From an uncultured Gemmatimonadales bacterium (lineage in GTDB: Bacteria > Gemmatimonadota > Gemmatimonadetes > Longimicrobiales > Longimicrobiaceae): a DNA stretch of 64,000 bases. Where the stretch lies: contig OY970303.1 in the NCBI GenBank assembly GCA_963716255.1, forward strand, positions 2,144,001 through 2,208,000, written 5' to 3'. The notes beneath the pieces were generated by a model. The model had not been told where the DNA came from and did no database searches. It saw only the letters and a list, made by a program, of their open reading frames with translations. How positions within the stretch are numbered: position 1 is the stretch's first letter; every line of letters begins with the position of its first letter. The position numbers and the translations under genes were made by a program. This document shows positions 1-24,800 of the stretch, piece by piece.

Positions 1-12816
<12,816 letters not shown>

Positions 12817-12850
12817 GTGCGGCAATGACAATGTTGAAGGATCGCGGGCT

Positions 12851-15800
12851 CTACCGCGCTACCACCGGACGCGACGCCGTCTCGGCGTCGGGGTCCTGCT
12901 CGGATTCCAGCTCTTCGAGGTGCTCCGCCATCCGATCGTCGTCCAGGTCGCCGATCAGGAGGTCCTCCACGATCCTGGCCAGGGCTTCCACGGTGCGCAG
13001 CTCGAACACGGCGCGCAGCGGCACCTCGAGCTCCAGCGCCTCCCGCAGCCGCGACACCACCTGCGTGGCCAGCAGCGAGTGCCCGCCCAGCTGGAAGAAG
13101 TTGTCCTCCGCCCCCACCCGCTCCAGCCCCAGAAGCTCCGCGAAGATTCCCGCCACCAGCTCCTCCATCTCCGTGCGCGGCTCCACGTATTCCCTTTCGG
13201 ACCCGCTCTCCGGCGCCGGCAGCAGGCGCCGGTCGACCTTTCCGGCGGCCGACACCGGCAGCTGCTCCATCACCACGAACGCGCCCGGCACCATGTACTC
13301 CGGCACCTGCTCCGCCACGTGGGTCCGCAGCGCCGCCACCGCGAGATCCGCCGACGCCACCTCCACCCCCGCCTCCGGCACCACGTACGCCACCAGCCGC
13401 TGCTGTCCCGGCACGTCCTCCCGCAGCAGCACGGTCGCCTCCCGCACCTGCTCGTGCCCGCGAAGCACCGCCTCGATCTCTCCCAGCTCCACCCGGTACC
13501 CGCGCACCTTCACCTGGTGGTCCGCACGCCCCAGGAACTCGATCTCCCCGTCCGCGCGCCGCCGCCCCAGGTCGCCCGTCCGGTACAGCCGCGCGCCCGC
13601 CACCCCCCGGTGCGGGTCCGGGAGGAACCGCTCCGCCGTCAGCTCCGCCCGGCCCATGTATCCCCGCACCACCCCCACCCCCCCGATGTACAGCTCCCCG
13701 GCCACCCCGAGCGGCGCCGGCTCCAGCCACCGGTCCAGCACGTACAGCTGCGTGTTCCCGAACGTCCGCCCGATCGGCGGGTCCCCGTCCTCGGCCGTGT
13801 ACGCGCTGGAGGTGTTGCGGATGCTCGCCTCCGTCGCCCCGTACCCGTTGAAGAACTTCCGCCCCTCCGCGCTCCAGCGCCGCAGCTGCTCCCCCGGGAG
13901 CCTGTCCCCGCCGGCGATCAGCGTGCGCAGCTCCGGCAGCTCCTCCACCGGCGTGGCCGCCAGCGCCGACTGCATGGTCTTCACGTGCGTGATCCGCTGC
14001 TCGCGCAGCAGCCGCAGCAGGTCCTCGCCCGGCAGCATCGCCCTGCGGGGCGCCACCACCAGCTCGGCCCCGCTGCTGAGCGCGATGAACATGTCGCCCA
14101 CCGACGCGTCGAAGTGCAGCGGCGCGTACAGCAGGTTGCGGTCGCCGGGGCGGGAGTCGTAGATGCGGACCAGCTCGCGGATGGTGTTGGCCACCGCGCG
14201 GTGCTCCACCAGCACGCCCTTGGGGCGGCCCGTGGAGCCGGAGGTGTAGATGACGTACGCCAGGTTGTCGGAAACGACCCCGGCGGCAGGCGCCGCCTCG
14301 CTCTCCTGGGCCAGGCGCCCGGCCTCGGCATCCACCAGGAACAGGGGGAGGCCGCAGTCAGCGAGCCGATCGGCGAGGGCCGCCTGCGTCAGCATCAGGA
14401 TCGGGCCCGCGTCGCGGATCATGTAGGCGCGCCGCTCGGCGGGGAGCTCGGGATCCAGCGGCAGGTAGGCGCCGCCGGCCAGCATCACGCCCAGCACGGC
14501 CACGATCATCTCCGGGGCCGGGTCCATGCAGATGGCCACGCGCACCTCGGGGCCCACGCCCTCGCGCCGCAGCAGGTTGGCGAGCCGGCAGGAGCGCCGG
14601 TACAGCTCGGCGTAGCCGAGACGCTGCCCCTCGAAGCGCAGCGCGGGCGCGTCGGGCGTGCTCTGCACCTGGGCGTGCACCATCTCGTGCAGGCACAGGT
14701 CGCCGGTGTAGCCGGTGTCGGCGCCGTTCCAGGCGTGCAGCAGCTGCTCGCGCTCGGCGGCGCGCAGCAGCGGCACCTCGGAGAGGCGCTGCCCGGGGTG
14801 CGCGGCCATGGCATCCAGCACTACCTCCAGGTGGCGGGCCAGCTGCTCCGCGGTCTCCGCTTCCACCTGGGCGCGGTCGTAGCGGACCTCCACCTTGAGG
14901 CGCGATGCGCCGTGCGCCGACAGGAGGAGCGGGTAGCTGGTCTGCGCGTGGACGAGGTTGGTCCGCACCCGCAGCTCCCCGAGGCCGTCCGCCTGCTCTC
15001 GCATGGCCTCGTCCACGGGGTAGTTCTCGAACGCGAACAGGCTTTCGAAGAGCGCCTCGCCCGCGGGAACGTCGCTCCACCGCTGCACCTCGCCCAGCGG
15101 CGCGTACTCGTGCTCGCGCGCCTCCACCTGCTGCGCCTGCAGCTCCGCCAGCCACTCCCCCAGGCCGGCGGAGTCGTCCAGGCGCACCCGCACGGGGAGC
15201 GTGTTGATGAACAGCCCCACCGTCTCCTCCACCCCCGGAAGCTCGGCCGGCCGCCCGGAAACGCTCGACCCCAGCACGACGTCCTCCACCCCGGCGTACC
15301 GGCCCAGCAGCAGCGCCCACGCCCCCAGCACCAGCGTGCTCGTGGTCACGCCCCACCCGCGCGCCTGCTCCTGCAGCGCGCGCGTCCGCTCCTCCGACAG
15401 CAGCCGGCCCGTCACGCCCAGGCCGCGCGCCCCGTCCGCGCCGCCGCGGCCCGACCGCGCCCCCGGCAGCGGGGTGGGGGCGTCGAAGCCGGCCAGCGTC
15501 TCCGTCCAAAAGCGCTCGGCCCGCGAGCGGTCCTGCCGCTCCAGCCACGCCACGTACTCGCGGTACCGGTGCCCCGGCCCGGTCTGCGGCGCCTCCCCGC
15601 GGGCGTACGCGGAGTACTCCCGCAGCACGTCGCGGAAGATGAGCGACAGGCTCCACCCGTCCAGCACCACGTGGTGGTGCGTCCAGACGAGCTGGTGCTC
15701 GTCGTCGCCCAGGCGGAACAGCGCCACGCGCATCAGCGGCGCGCGGCCCATCTCGAAGCCGTTCCCGCGGTCCGCTTCCAGGAAGCGCTCCAGGCGCGCC

Positions 15801-18800
15801 TGCCGCTCCTCCGCCCCCAGCCCCCGCCAGTCCTCCCGCCGGAAGGGCAGCTCCACCTCGCGGCGGACGACCTGCACCGGCCGCGGCAGCCCCTCCCAGG
15901 CGAACGCCGCCCGCAGCGCCTCGTGGCGCGCGACCACGCCCTGCCACGCCCGCTCCAGCGCTCCGGCGTCCAGCGGCCCTTCCAGCAGGAAGCCGAACTG
16001 CCCCGTGTACTCGCCCGATCCCGGCGACAGGAGCGAGTGGAAGAGCATCCCCTCCTGCAGGGGCGAGAGCGGATACACGTCCTCCACCCCGCGCCCGCTC
16101 CCCAGCAGCGCGTCCAGCGACGCCGGGTCCAGCCCGGCCAGCGGGAAGTCGCTCGGAGTGCAGCCGCCCGCCTCCGCGCCGCGGCAGTGGGCGATGAGCC
16201 CCCGCAGCTCGGCGGCGTACTCCTCCGCCAGGCGCTCCACCCCCTCCCGCCGGTGGACTCCCTCGGCGTAGCCGATCTGCAGCTCCAGGCACCCGGCCTG
16301 CACGGACCCGCCCACCTCCAGGAGGTGGGGACGCCGGCTGCCCCGGTCCATCGAGGGCCCGGCCGACTCCGGCGCGAAGCCGAAGAACGCCTCCGTGGAG
16401 ACGGCCTGGTCGAACTGCCCCAGGTAGTTGAAGCCCACCTCGGCCTGCGCCGCCCCGGCCAGCTCCGCCGCGGTCTCGCCCCCGCCCAGGTAGCGCAGCA
16501 CCCCGTAGCCGATCCCGCGCCCCGGCACCGCGCGCAGCTGCTCCTTGACCGCCTTGAGCGCCGCCCCGGCGTCGTCCCCCTCGGGCAGCTCCAGCACGAC
16601 CGGGTACACACTGGTGAACCACCCCACCGTGCGCGACAGGTCCACCCCGCCGACGACCTCCTCCTCGCGGCCGTGCCCCTCCAGCTCCACCCGAAGGCGC
16701 CGCTCGCCGGTCCAGCGCCGCAGCGCGCCGGCCAGCGCCGTCAGCAGCACCTCGTCGATCTGCGTGCGGTACGCCGCGGGCACCTCGCGCAGCAGCGCCT
16801 CCGTCTCGTCCTGCGTCAGACCCAGCCTCACACCCCGCTTATGCGCCAGCGTGTTCTCGGCCCGCGGGTCGTCGACGGGCAGCGGCGCCACTTCCCGGGC
16901 GGCCTGACCGGTCCAGTACGCGGCCTCGTCCGCCAGCGTCCCGGAGCGGGCCAGCTCGGCCAGGCGCTCCGCCCACGCCTTCCACGACGTCGTCTTGGGC
17001 GGAAGCTCGACGGATTCCCCGCGCGCAAGCTGGGTGTAGGCGGTCTCCAGGTCCTCCAGCAGCACGCGCCAGCTCACCCCGTCCACCACCAGGTGGTGCG
17101 CCACGGCCAGCAGCCGCCCGGCCTCCCCGCCGCCCGGCTCGAACCAGGCCATGCGCAGCAGCGGCCCGCGCGACAGCTCCAGGCTCCGCTGCACCTGCGC
17201 CGCGGCCGCCTCGACCGCGCCCCCGCGCCGGTCCGCCGGCAGCGACGACAGGTCCAGGACCGCGAGCGGACCCCGCGCGGAAACGTCCGCGTGCGACTGC
17301 GTCCAGCCGCCGTCCGCCTCCGGGCGGAAGCGCAGCCGCAGCGCGTCGTGGTGCGCCTCCAGCGCCGCCGCGGCCCGCGCCAGCAGCCCCGCGTCCAGCA
17401 CGTCGCGGGGACGCAGGAGCAGCGCCTGGTTGAAGTGGTGCCGCGCCGGCTGCTCCGTCTCGAAGAAGCGCTGCTGCACCGGCGTCAGCGGCGCCTCGCC
17501 CGTGACCGGGTGCTGCGACGCCCCGTCGGCCTCGAGACCGACCCGCTCCGCCACCTCGGCGAGCCCGGCGATCGTGGGCCGCTCGAAGACCTGCCGCGGC
17601 GTCAGCCTGAGGCCCCGCTGCCGCGCGCGGGAGACCACCTGGATGGACAGGATGGAGTCGCCGCCCAGCTCGAAGAAGTTCTCCTCCACCCCCACCCGCT
17701 CCACCTTGAGCACGCCGGCCCAGACGGCGCACAGGATCTCCTCCGCCTCCGTGCGGGGCGCGGTGTGCCGCTCTGCGCCGCCGCGCTCCGGCGCCGGCAG
17801 CGCCCGCCGGTCCAGCTTGCCGTTGGCGGAGAGCGGCAGCTTCTCCAGCACCACGACGGCGCCCGGCACCATGTAGTCGGGAAGCCGCTGCCCCAGGCGC
17901 GCCCGCAGCTCCGCCGTGGAGATCTCCGCGCCCTCCCACGGGACCACGTACGCGGCCAGCCGCTTCTGGCCCGGCGCGTCCTCGCGCACCACGACCACCG
18001 CTTCGTGCACCCCCTCCTGCTCCAGCAGGACGGCCTCGATCTCCCCCGGCTCGATGCGGAACCCGCGGATCTTGACCTGCGTGTCCACCCGCCCCAGGAA
18101 CTCCAGCTCTCCGTCGGCGCGCCGCCGCACCCGGTCGCCCGTGCGGTACAGGCGCGAGCCCGGCCCGGCGCCGAACGCGTCGGGCACGAACGCCGCGGCC
18201 GTCACGTCCGCGCGGCCCAGGTAGCCGCGCGCCACCCCGGCGCCGGCAAGCCACAGCTCGCCCGGGACCCCCACCGGCAGCAGGTTCCCGGCGGGGTCCA
18301 CCACGTGCATCCCCACGCCCGGCAGCGGACGCCCCACCATCTGCCAGCCGTACGTCGTCCCGCGCTGGAGCGGCGTGGCCGAGCTGATGATCGTGTTCTC
18401 GGTGGGGCCGTACATCGCCCACACCTGCGCCGCGGGGAAGGCGGACCGCGTCTGCTCCAGCAGGTCGGGCGCGACGGCGTCGCCGCCCACGAACACCCTG
18501 CGGACGTTCGGCAGCGTCCCGCGCCCGGCCTTGACCCTGGCCACCACCTCGCGCATCAGCACCGGCACCGCGTGCAGCGCGTCCGCCCGGGCCAGCTCCT
18601 CCACCAGGCGCTCCACGTCGCGCACCGTCTCCTGCGGCAGCAGGCGCACCTGCCCGCCCGAGAGCAGCGGGGTGAAGACCTCGAAGCCCCAGATGTCGAA
18701 GGCGTAGCTGGCCAGCACCGGCATCACCTCGCCGGCGGCGAGGCCGAAGACCTCGCGCGAGCCCAGCAGCGTGCTCGCCAGGCTGGCGTGCTCCACCACC

Positions 18801-21800
18801 ACGCCCTTGGGCCGCCCCGTGGAGCCCGAGGTGTAGATGACGTACGCGGCGTTGCGGACGCTCACCCCGCTTTCGGGCGTTCCCTCCGGCTCGGCGGCGA
18901 TCGCCTCGCGGTCCGCGTCCAGGCAGAGCACCGGGCCCCCGAAGGCGGAGAGCGTTTCCGGCAGCCGCCCCTGCGACACCAGCAGCGAAGCGCCGGAGTC
19001 GGCCAGCGTGTACGCCAGCCGCTCGGCCGGGTAGGCGGGGTCCAGCGGGACGTACGCCCCGCCGGCCTTGAGCACGCCCAGCACCCCCACCAGCATCTCC
19101 ACCCCGCGCTCCAGGCAGATCCCCACCCGCACCTCCGGCCCCACCCCCAGCGCGCGCAGCCGGTGCGCGAGCCGGCTGGAGCGGCGCTCCAGCTCGGCGT
19201 AGCTCAGCGCGGCGCCGCCGTCGGCGACCGCGGTCCGCTCCGGCGTGCGGGCGGCCTGCGCGGAGAACAGCTCGTGCACGCACGCGGGCGGGTGGTCGAC
19301 GGGCTCCGCGCGGGAGCCGGCCAGCAGCTCCGCCCGCTCGCCCTCGCGAAGCAGCGAGGTCTCGGAGAGGCGCCGCCCCGGCCCGGCCGCCATGCTCGCC
19401 AGCACGGCCTCCAGGTGCCCGGCCATCTGCGCGATCGTCGCCGCGTCGAAGAGCGCCGGCCGGTAGACGAGCATCCCGCCCAGCGCGTCGCCGGTGTCCC
19501 GGAGGACCAGCTCCAGGTCGAACTTGGCCACGCGCTCGCCCGACCCGAACGGCTCCAGCGCCAGCTCCCCCAGCTCCAGCCGCTCGTCCTCCCCGGCGGC
19601 CTGCACCAGGGTGAAGATCGTCTGGAAGACGGGGGAGTGCGTCAGGCTGCGCTCCACGCCCAGCTCGTCCACCAGCCGCTCGAAGGGAAGGTCCTGGTGG
19701 TCGTAGGCGCCCAGCGTCGATTCCCGCACCCGCCCCAGCAGCCCGGCCCAGGTGGGGTCACCCCCCAAGTCGGCGCGCAGCGCGAGGGTGTTGACGAAGA
19801 AGCCGATCAGCCCCTCCACCTCGTGCCGGGTCCGCCCCGAGATGGGGCTGCCCACCACCACGTCGTCCTGCCCGGCGTACCGGGCGAGCAGCGTCTGCCA
19901 GCCGGCAAGCAGCGTCATGAACAGCGTCGCTCCCTCGCGGCGCGACAGCTCGCGCAGCGACCGCGACAGCGCGGGCGGGAGCATCAGCCCATGGCTCTCC
20001 GCGCGGGGGCTCTGCCCGGGGACGCGCGCGCGGTCCGTCGGGATCTCCAGCAGCGGGGGCGCCCCGGCCAGCCGCTCCTTCCAGAAGCCGATCTGCGCCT
20101 CCAGCGTCTCGCCCGATAGCCATTCCCGCTGCCACACGGCAAAGTCTGCGTACTGCACCGGCAGCTCGGGCAGGCGCGGCTCCTCGCCGCGGCTGAAGGC
20201 GGCGTAGAGCGCCGAGACCTCGCGCACCAGCACGCCGCGGCTCCACCCGTCGCTGACGATGTGGTGCAGGACGAAGCAGAGCACGTGGTCGTCGTCGTCC
20301 AGGCGCAGCAGCGTGCAGCGCAGCAGCGGTCCGCGCGCCAGGTCGAAGGGCAGCATCGCCTCCGCCGCGGCAACCCGTTCCGCCTCGGCCTCGCGCTCCG
20401 CAGAAGGCAGCTCGCGCAGGTCCAGCTCCACCAGCGCCACCGGAGCGGGCGGGTGGACGACCTGCACCGGCGCCCCGCCGTCCCCGGCAAACGTGGTGCG
20501 CAGCGTCTCGTGCCGCCGCACCAGCGCGTCCAGACCCGCCCGCAGCGCGGCCGAGTCGAGCGAGCCCCGCAGCCGCAGCGCATACGGCATGTTGTAGGCG
20601 GCGCTCCCCGGCTCCAGCTGGTCCACCACCCACAGCCGCTGCTGCGCGAACGACAGCGGCAACGGTCCCGACCGCGGCACCCGCTCCATCGGCGGGGCCG
20701 GCGGCGTGCCCGCGCTGCGCACCGCCTCGATGCGAGCGGCCAGCTCCCGGACGGTCGGCGCCTCGAAGAGCGCCCGCAGCGGGAGCGCCACCCCGAAGAC
20801 CCGGCCGACCCGCGAGACCACGCGGGTGGCCAGCAGCGAGTGCCCGCCCCGGTCGAAGAAGCCGTCCTCGGCGCCCACGCGCTCCATCCCCAGCACCTCC
20901 GCCCAGATCCCCGCGAGCACCTCCTCCGTGGCCCCGCGCGGCGCCGCGTACCCCGCGCCCGCCTCGGCCTCCGGCGCGGGAAGCGCCCGCCGGTCCAGCT
21001 TGCCGCTGGGGGTCAGCGGAAGCGCTTCCAGCCGCACGAGCGCCGCCGGCACCATGTACTCCGGCAGCAGCACCCGGAGGTGCGCCCGCAGGACGGCCGC
21101 GTCCGGCGCTTCCTCCGCGCCGCAGGTCCAGTAGGCGACCAGCCGCCGCTCCGCGCCCGCGTCCTCCCGCAGGACCACCGCGGCCCCGCCGACCGCCGGG
21201 TGCGACGCCAGCGCGCTCTCCACCTCGCCCAGCTCCACGCGGAAGCCGCGGATCTTGACCTGCCGGTCCGCGCGACCCAGGTACTCCAGCTCGCCGCCCG
21301 CCGTCCAGCGCGCCCGGTCCCCCGTCCGGTACATCCGCTCGCCCGGAGCGAGCGCGAACGGGTCCGGGACGAAGCGCTCGGCCGTGGCCGCCGGGTTCCC
21401 CATGTATCCCCGCGCCAGCCCGTGCCCCGCCACGTACAGCTCGCCCGCGGCGCCCGCGGGAAGCGGCTGCATCGCCGCGTCCGCCACGTACACGCGCGTG
21501 TTCCAGATGGGCCGGCCGATGGCGACCCGCTCCTCGGCGACCGCGCCGAGCACGTGCGCGGTGCTGTCCGCCGCCACCTCCGACGAGCCGTACAGGTTGA
21601 GGAGCGTCGCCCCGGGGAGCGCCCCGGCGAAGCGGCGGGCCAGCTCGGGGGGAAGGGCCTCGCCGCTGGTCACCACCAGCCGCAGCCGCGGGCAGCGCCC
21701 GGCCAGGTCCGGGTGGGCGTCCAGGAGCGCTTGGAGGAGGGAGGGCACCAGGACGATGCGCGTCACCCCGTGCCGCGACAGCTGGTCGACCAGCGCCTCC

Positions 21801-24800
21801 GGGTCGCGGGCGTCCTCGTCCGGGACGAGCACGGACGGCACCCCGGCCAGCAGCGGCCCGAAGACCTCCCACACCGAGTCCACGAAGGCCAGCGAGGTCT
21901 TCTGGACGCACACCTCGTCCGCCGCGAAGGGATGCTCGCTCCACATCCAGGCGAAGCGGTTGACGATCCCCCGGTGCGTGCCGAGCACCCCCTTGGGCGT
22001 GCCGGTGGAGCCCGAGGTGTAGACGACGTAGGCGAGGCTTTCCGGCTCCGCCGCGGCGTCCGCACCGACCTCCGGCTCGACCGCCCCGGCATCGGGGCGC
22101 ACCACCTCCACGCCGCACTCGCCCAGTCGCTCCGCCGAGGCGGCGTCTGCCAGGACGAGCGCCGCGCCGGAGTCGGCCAGCATGTAGCGCAGACGCTCGG
22201 CGGGGTAGCCGGGGTCCATGGGGACGTACGCGCCCCCGGCGCGCAGCACGGCCAGCAGCGACGCCACCAGCTCCGGCGTGCGCGCCATGCACACGCCCAC
22301 GCGCGTCTCCGGCCCCACTCCGCGCCGCCGCAGCACGCCGGCCAGCTCCACCGAGCGGCGGTCCAGCCCGGCGTACGTCACCCGCTCGCCGCGCCAAGCG
22401 AGGGCGACGGCGTCCGGCGTGCGGGCGGCCCGCTCGGCGAACAGGGCGTGCAAACCCACTCCCGCGGGGACCGGGCGCGCGGTGTCGTTCCACTCCTCCA
22501 GCACCTGCGCCCGCTCCGCCCCGCGCAGCAGCGACAGCTCCGAGAGGCGCCGCTGCGGGTCGGCGGCCATCGCCTCCAGCACGCTCTCCAGGTGCCCGGC
22601 CAGGCGCTCCATGGTGGCGGCATCGAAGAGCGCGGTCCGGAAGACGAGCGAGCCGGCCAGCGCCTCGCCCGCCTCCTGGAACACCAGGTCCAGGTCGAAC
22701 TTGGCGACGCCCTTGCCCCCGCCGAACGGCGCCATCCCGACGTCGCCCAGGCGCAGCCCATCGTCCTCCGCGCCGGCACGGTGCAGCGCGAAGGTGGTCT
22801 GCACCAGCGGCGCGTGGGCCAGCGAGCGCTCCACGCCCAGCTCCTCCACCAGGCGCTCGAAGGGCAGCTCCTGGTGTTCGTACGCGCCCAGCGAGGTCTC
22901 CCGGACGCGGCCCAGCAGCTCGTCCCAGGAGGGGTCTCCGCCCAGCCTCGTGCGCAGCGCCAGCAGGTTGATGAAGAAGCCGATCAGCCCCTCGGTCTCG
23001 CGCTGCGTCCGCCCGGCGATGGGCGTGCCGACGACGACGTCGTCCTGGCCCGCATAGCGCCACAGGAGCGCCTGCCAGCCGGCCAGCACGGTCATGAACA
23101 GCGTCGCGCCCTTCCTGCGCGAGAGCGCCCGCAGCTCCTGCGACAGCACGGGCGTGAGGGTGAAGTGGCGCCTCTCCGCCAGCGGGCTCTGCCCCGGGGC
23201 GCGCGGGTGGTCCGTGGGGATCTCCAGCAGCGGGGGGGCGCCTCGCAGCGTTTCCTTCCAGTAGCCGATCAGCTCGTCCAGGACTTCCCCGCTCAGCCAG
23301 GCGCGCTGCCACACCGCGAAGTCGGCATACTGCACCGGCAGCTCCGCCAGCCGGGGCTCCCCGCCCCGGCTGAGCGCGGCGTACAGGGCGGAGACCTCGC
23401 GCACCAGCACGTCCATGCTCCAGCCGTCGCTGACCACGTGGTGCAGCGTGAACAGCACCACGTGCTCCTCGTCGTCCAGGCGCACGAGCGTGCTCCGCAG
23501 CAGCGGCCCGCGCGCCAGGTCGAAGGGGAGCCGCGCCTCGGCGGCGGCCAGGCGCTCGGCTTCGGCCTCGCGCCGCGCCCGCGGCACGCCGCGCAGGTCC
23601 AGCTCCACCAGCGCCGCCGGGGCGGGCGGGTGGATCACCTGCACCGGCGCGCCGTCCCGCTCCTCGAACACCGTGCGCAGCGCTTCGTGGCGCCGCACCA
23701 GCTCCGCCAGGCTGCGGCGCAGCGCGGCCACGTCCAGGGAGCCGCGCAGGCGCATGGCGCTGGGCATGTTGTAGGCGGCGCTCCCCGGCTCCAGCCGGTC
23801 CACCAGCCACAGCCGCTGCTGAGCGAACGACAGCGGCAGCGCGGCGCCGTCGCGCGGGGTGGGCACGATGGGCGGCGCCAGCGAGGCGCCCGCGCCGCGA
23901 AGAGCCTCGATACGCCCGGCCAGCGCGGCCACCGTGGGTGCCTCGAAGAGCACCCGCAGCGGCACCTCCACCCCGAACGCCTGCCGGGCGCGCGAGACCA
24001 CCTGCGTCGCCAGCAGCGAGTGCCCGCCCAGCTCGAAGAAGCTGTCCTCCACCCCCACCCGCCCGGTCTTCAGCACCTCCGCCCAGATCCCCGCCAGCAC
24101 CTCCTCGGTGGGCGTGCGCGGCGCCACGGGCTCCGTGCCGGTCCCCTGCTCCGGCGCGGGCAGGGCGCGCCGGTCCAGCTTGCCGTTGACGGAGAGCGGC
24201 AGCTTCTCCAGGACCACGAAGGCCCCGGGCACCATGTGCGCCGGCAGGCGCTCCGCCAGGAGCGGCCGCAGCTCCGCCGCCCTGAGCTCCGCTCCCTCCG
24301 CGGGAACCACGTAGGCGACCAGCCGCTTCTGCCCCGGCACGTCCTCGCGCACCAGGACCACCGCCTCGTTCACCCCCGCCTGCTCCAGCAGCGCCGCCTC
24401 GACCTCCCCCGGCTCGATGCGGAATCCGCGGATCTTGACCTGCGCGTCCACGCGCCCCAGGAACTCCAGCGTCCCGTCGGGACGCCAGCGCGCCCGGTCG
24501 CCCGTGCGGTACAGGCGCGCGCCGGCCTCTCCCGAGAACGGGTCGGGGACGAAGCGCTCGGCCGTCAGCCCGGCGCGCCCCAGGTAGCCGCGCACCACCC
24601 CCACCCCGCCCACCAGCAGCTCGCCGGCGACGCCGGCGGGGACCGGCTGGCCGTACGAGTCCAGCACGTACACCCGCAGGTTGGTGAAGGGCCGTCCGAT
24701 GGAGGGCTTCCCGCCGTCGGCGAAGCACTCGCCCAGCGTGGACCCGATCGTGGTCTCGGTGGGGCCGTAGCCGTTGAAGAAGCGCCGCCCCGGCGCCCAG

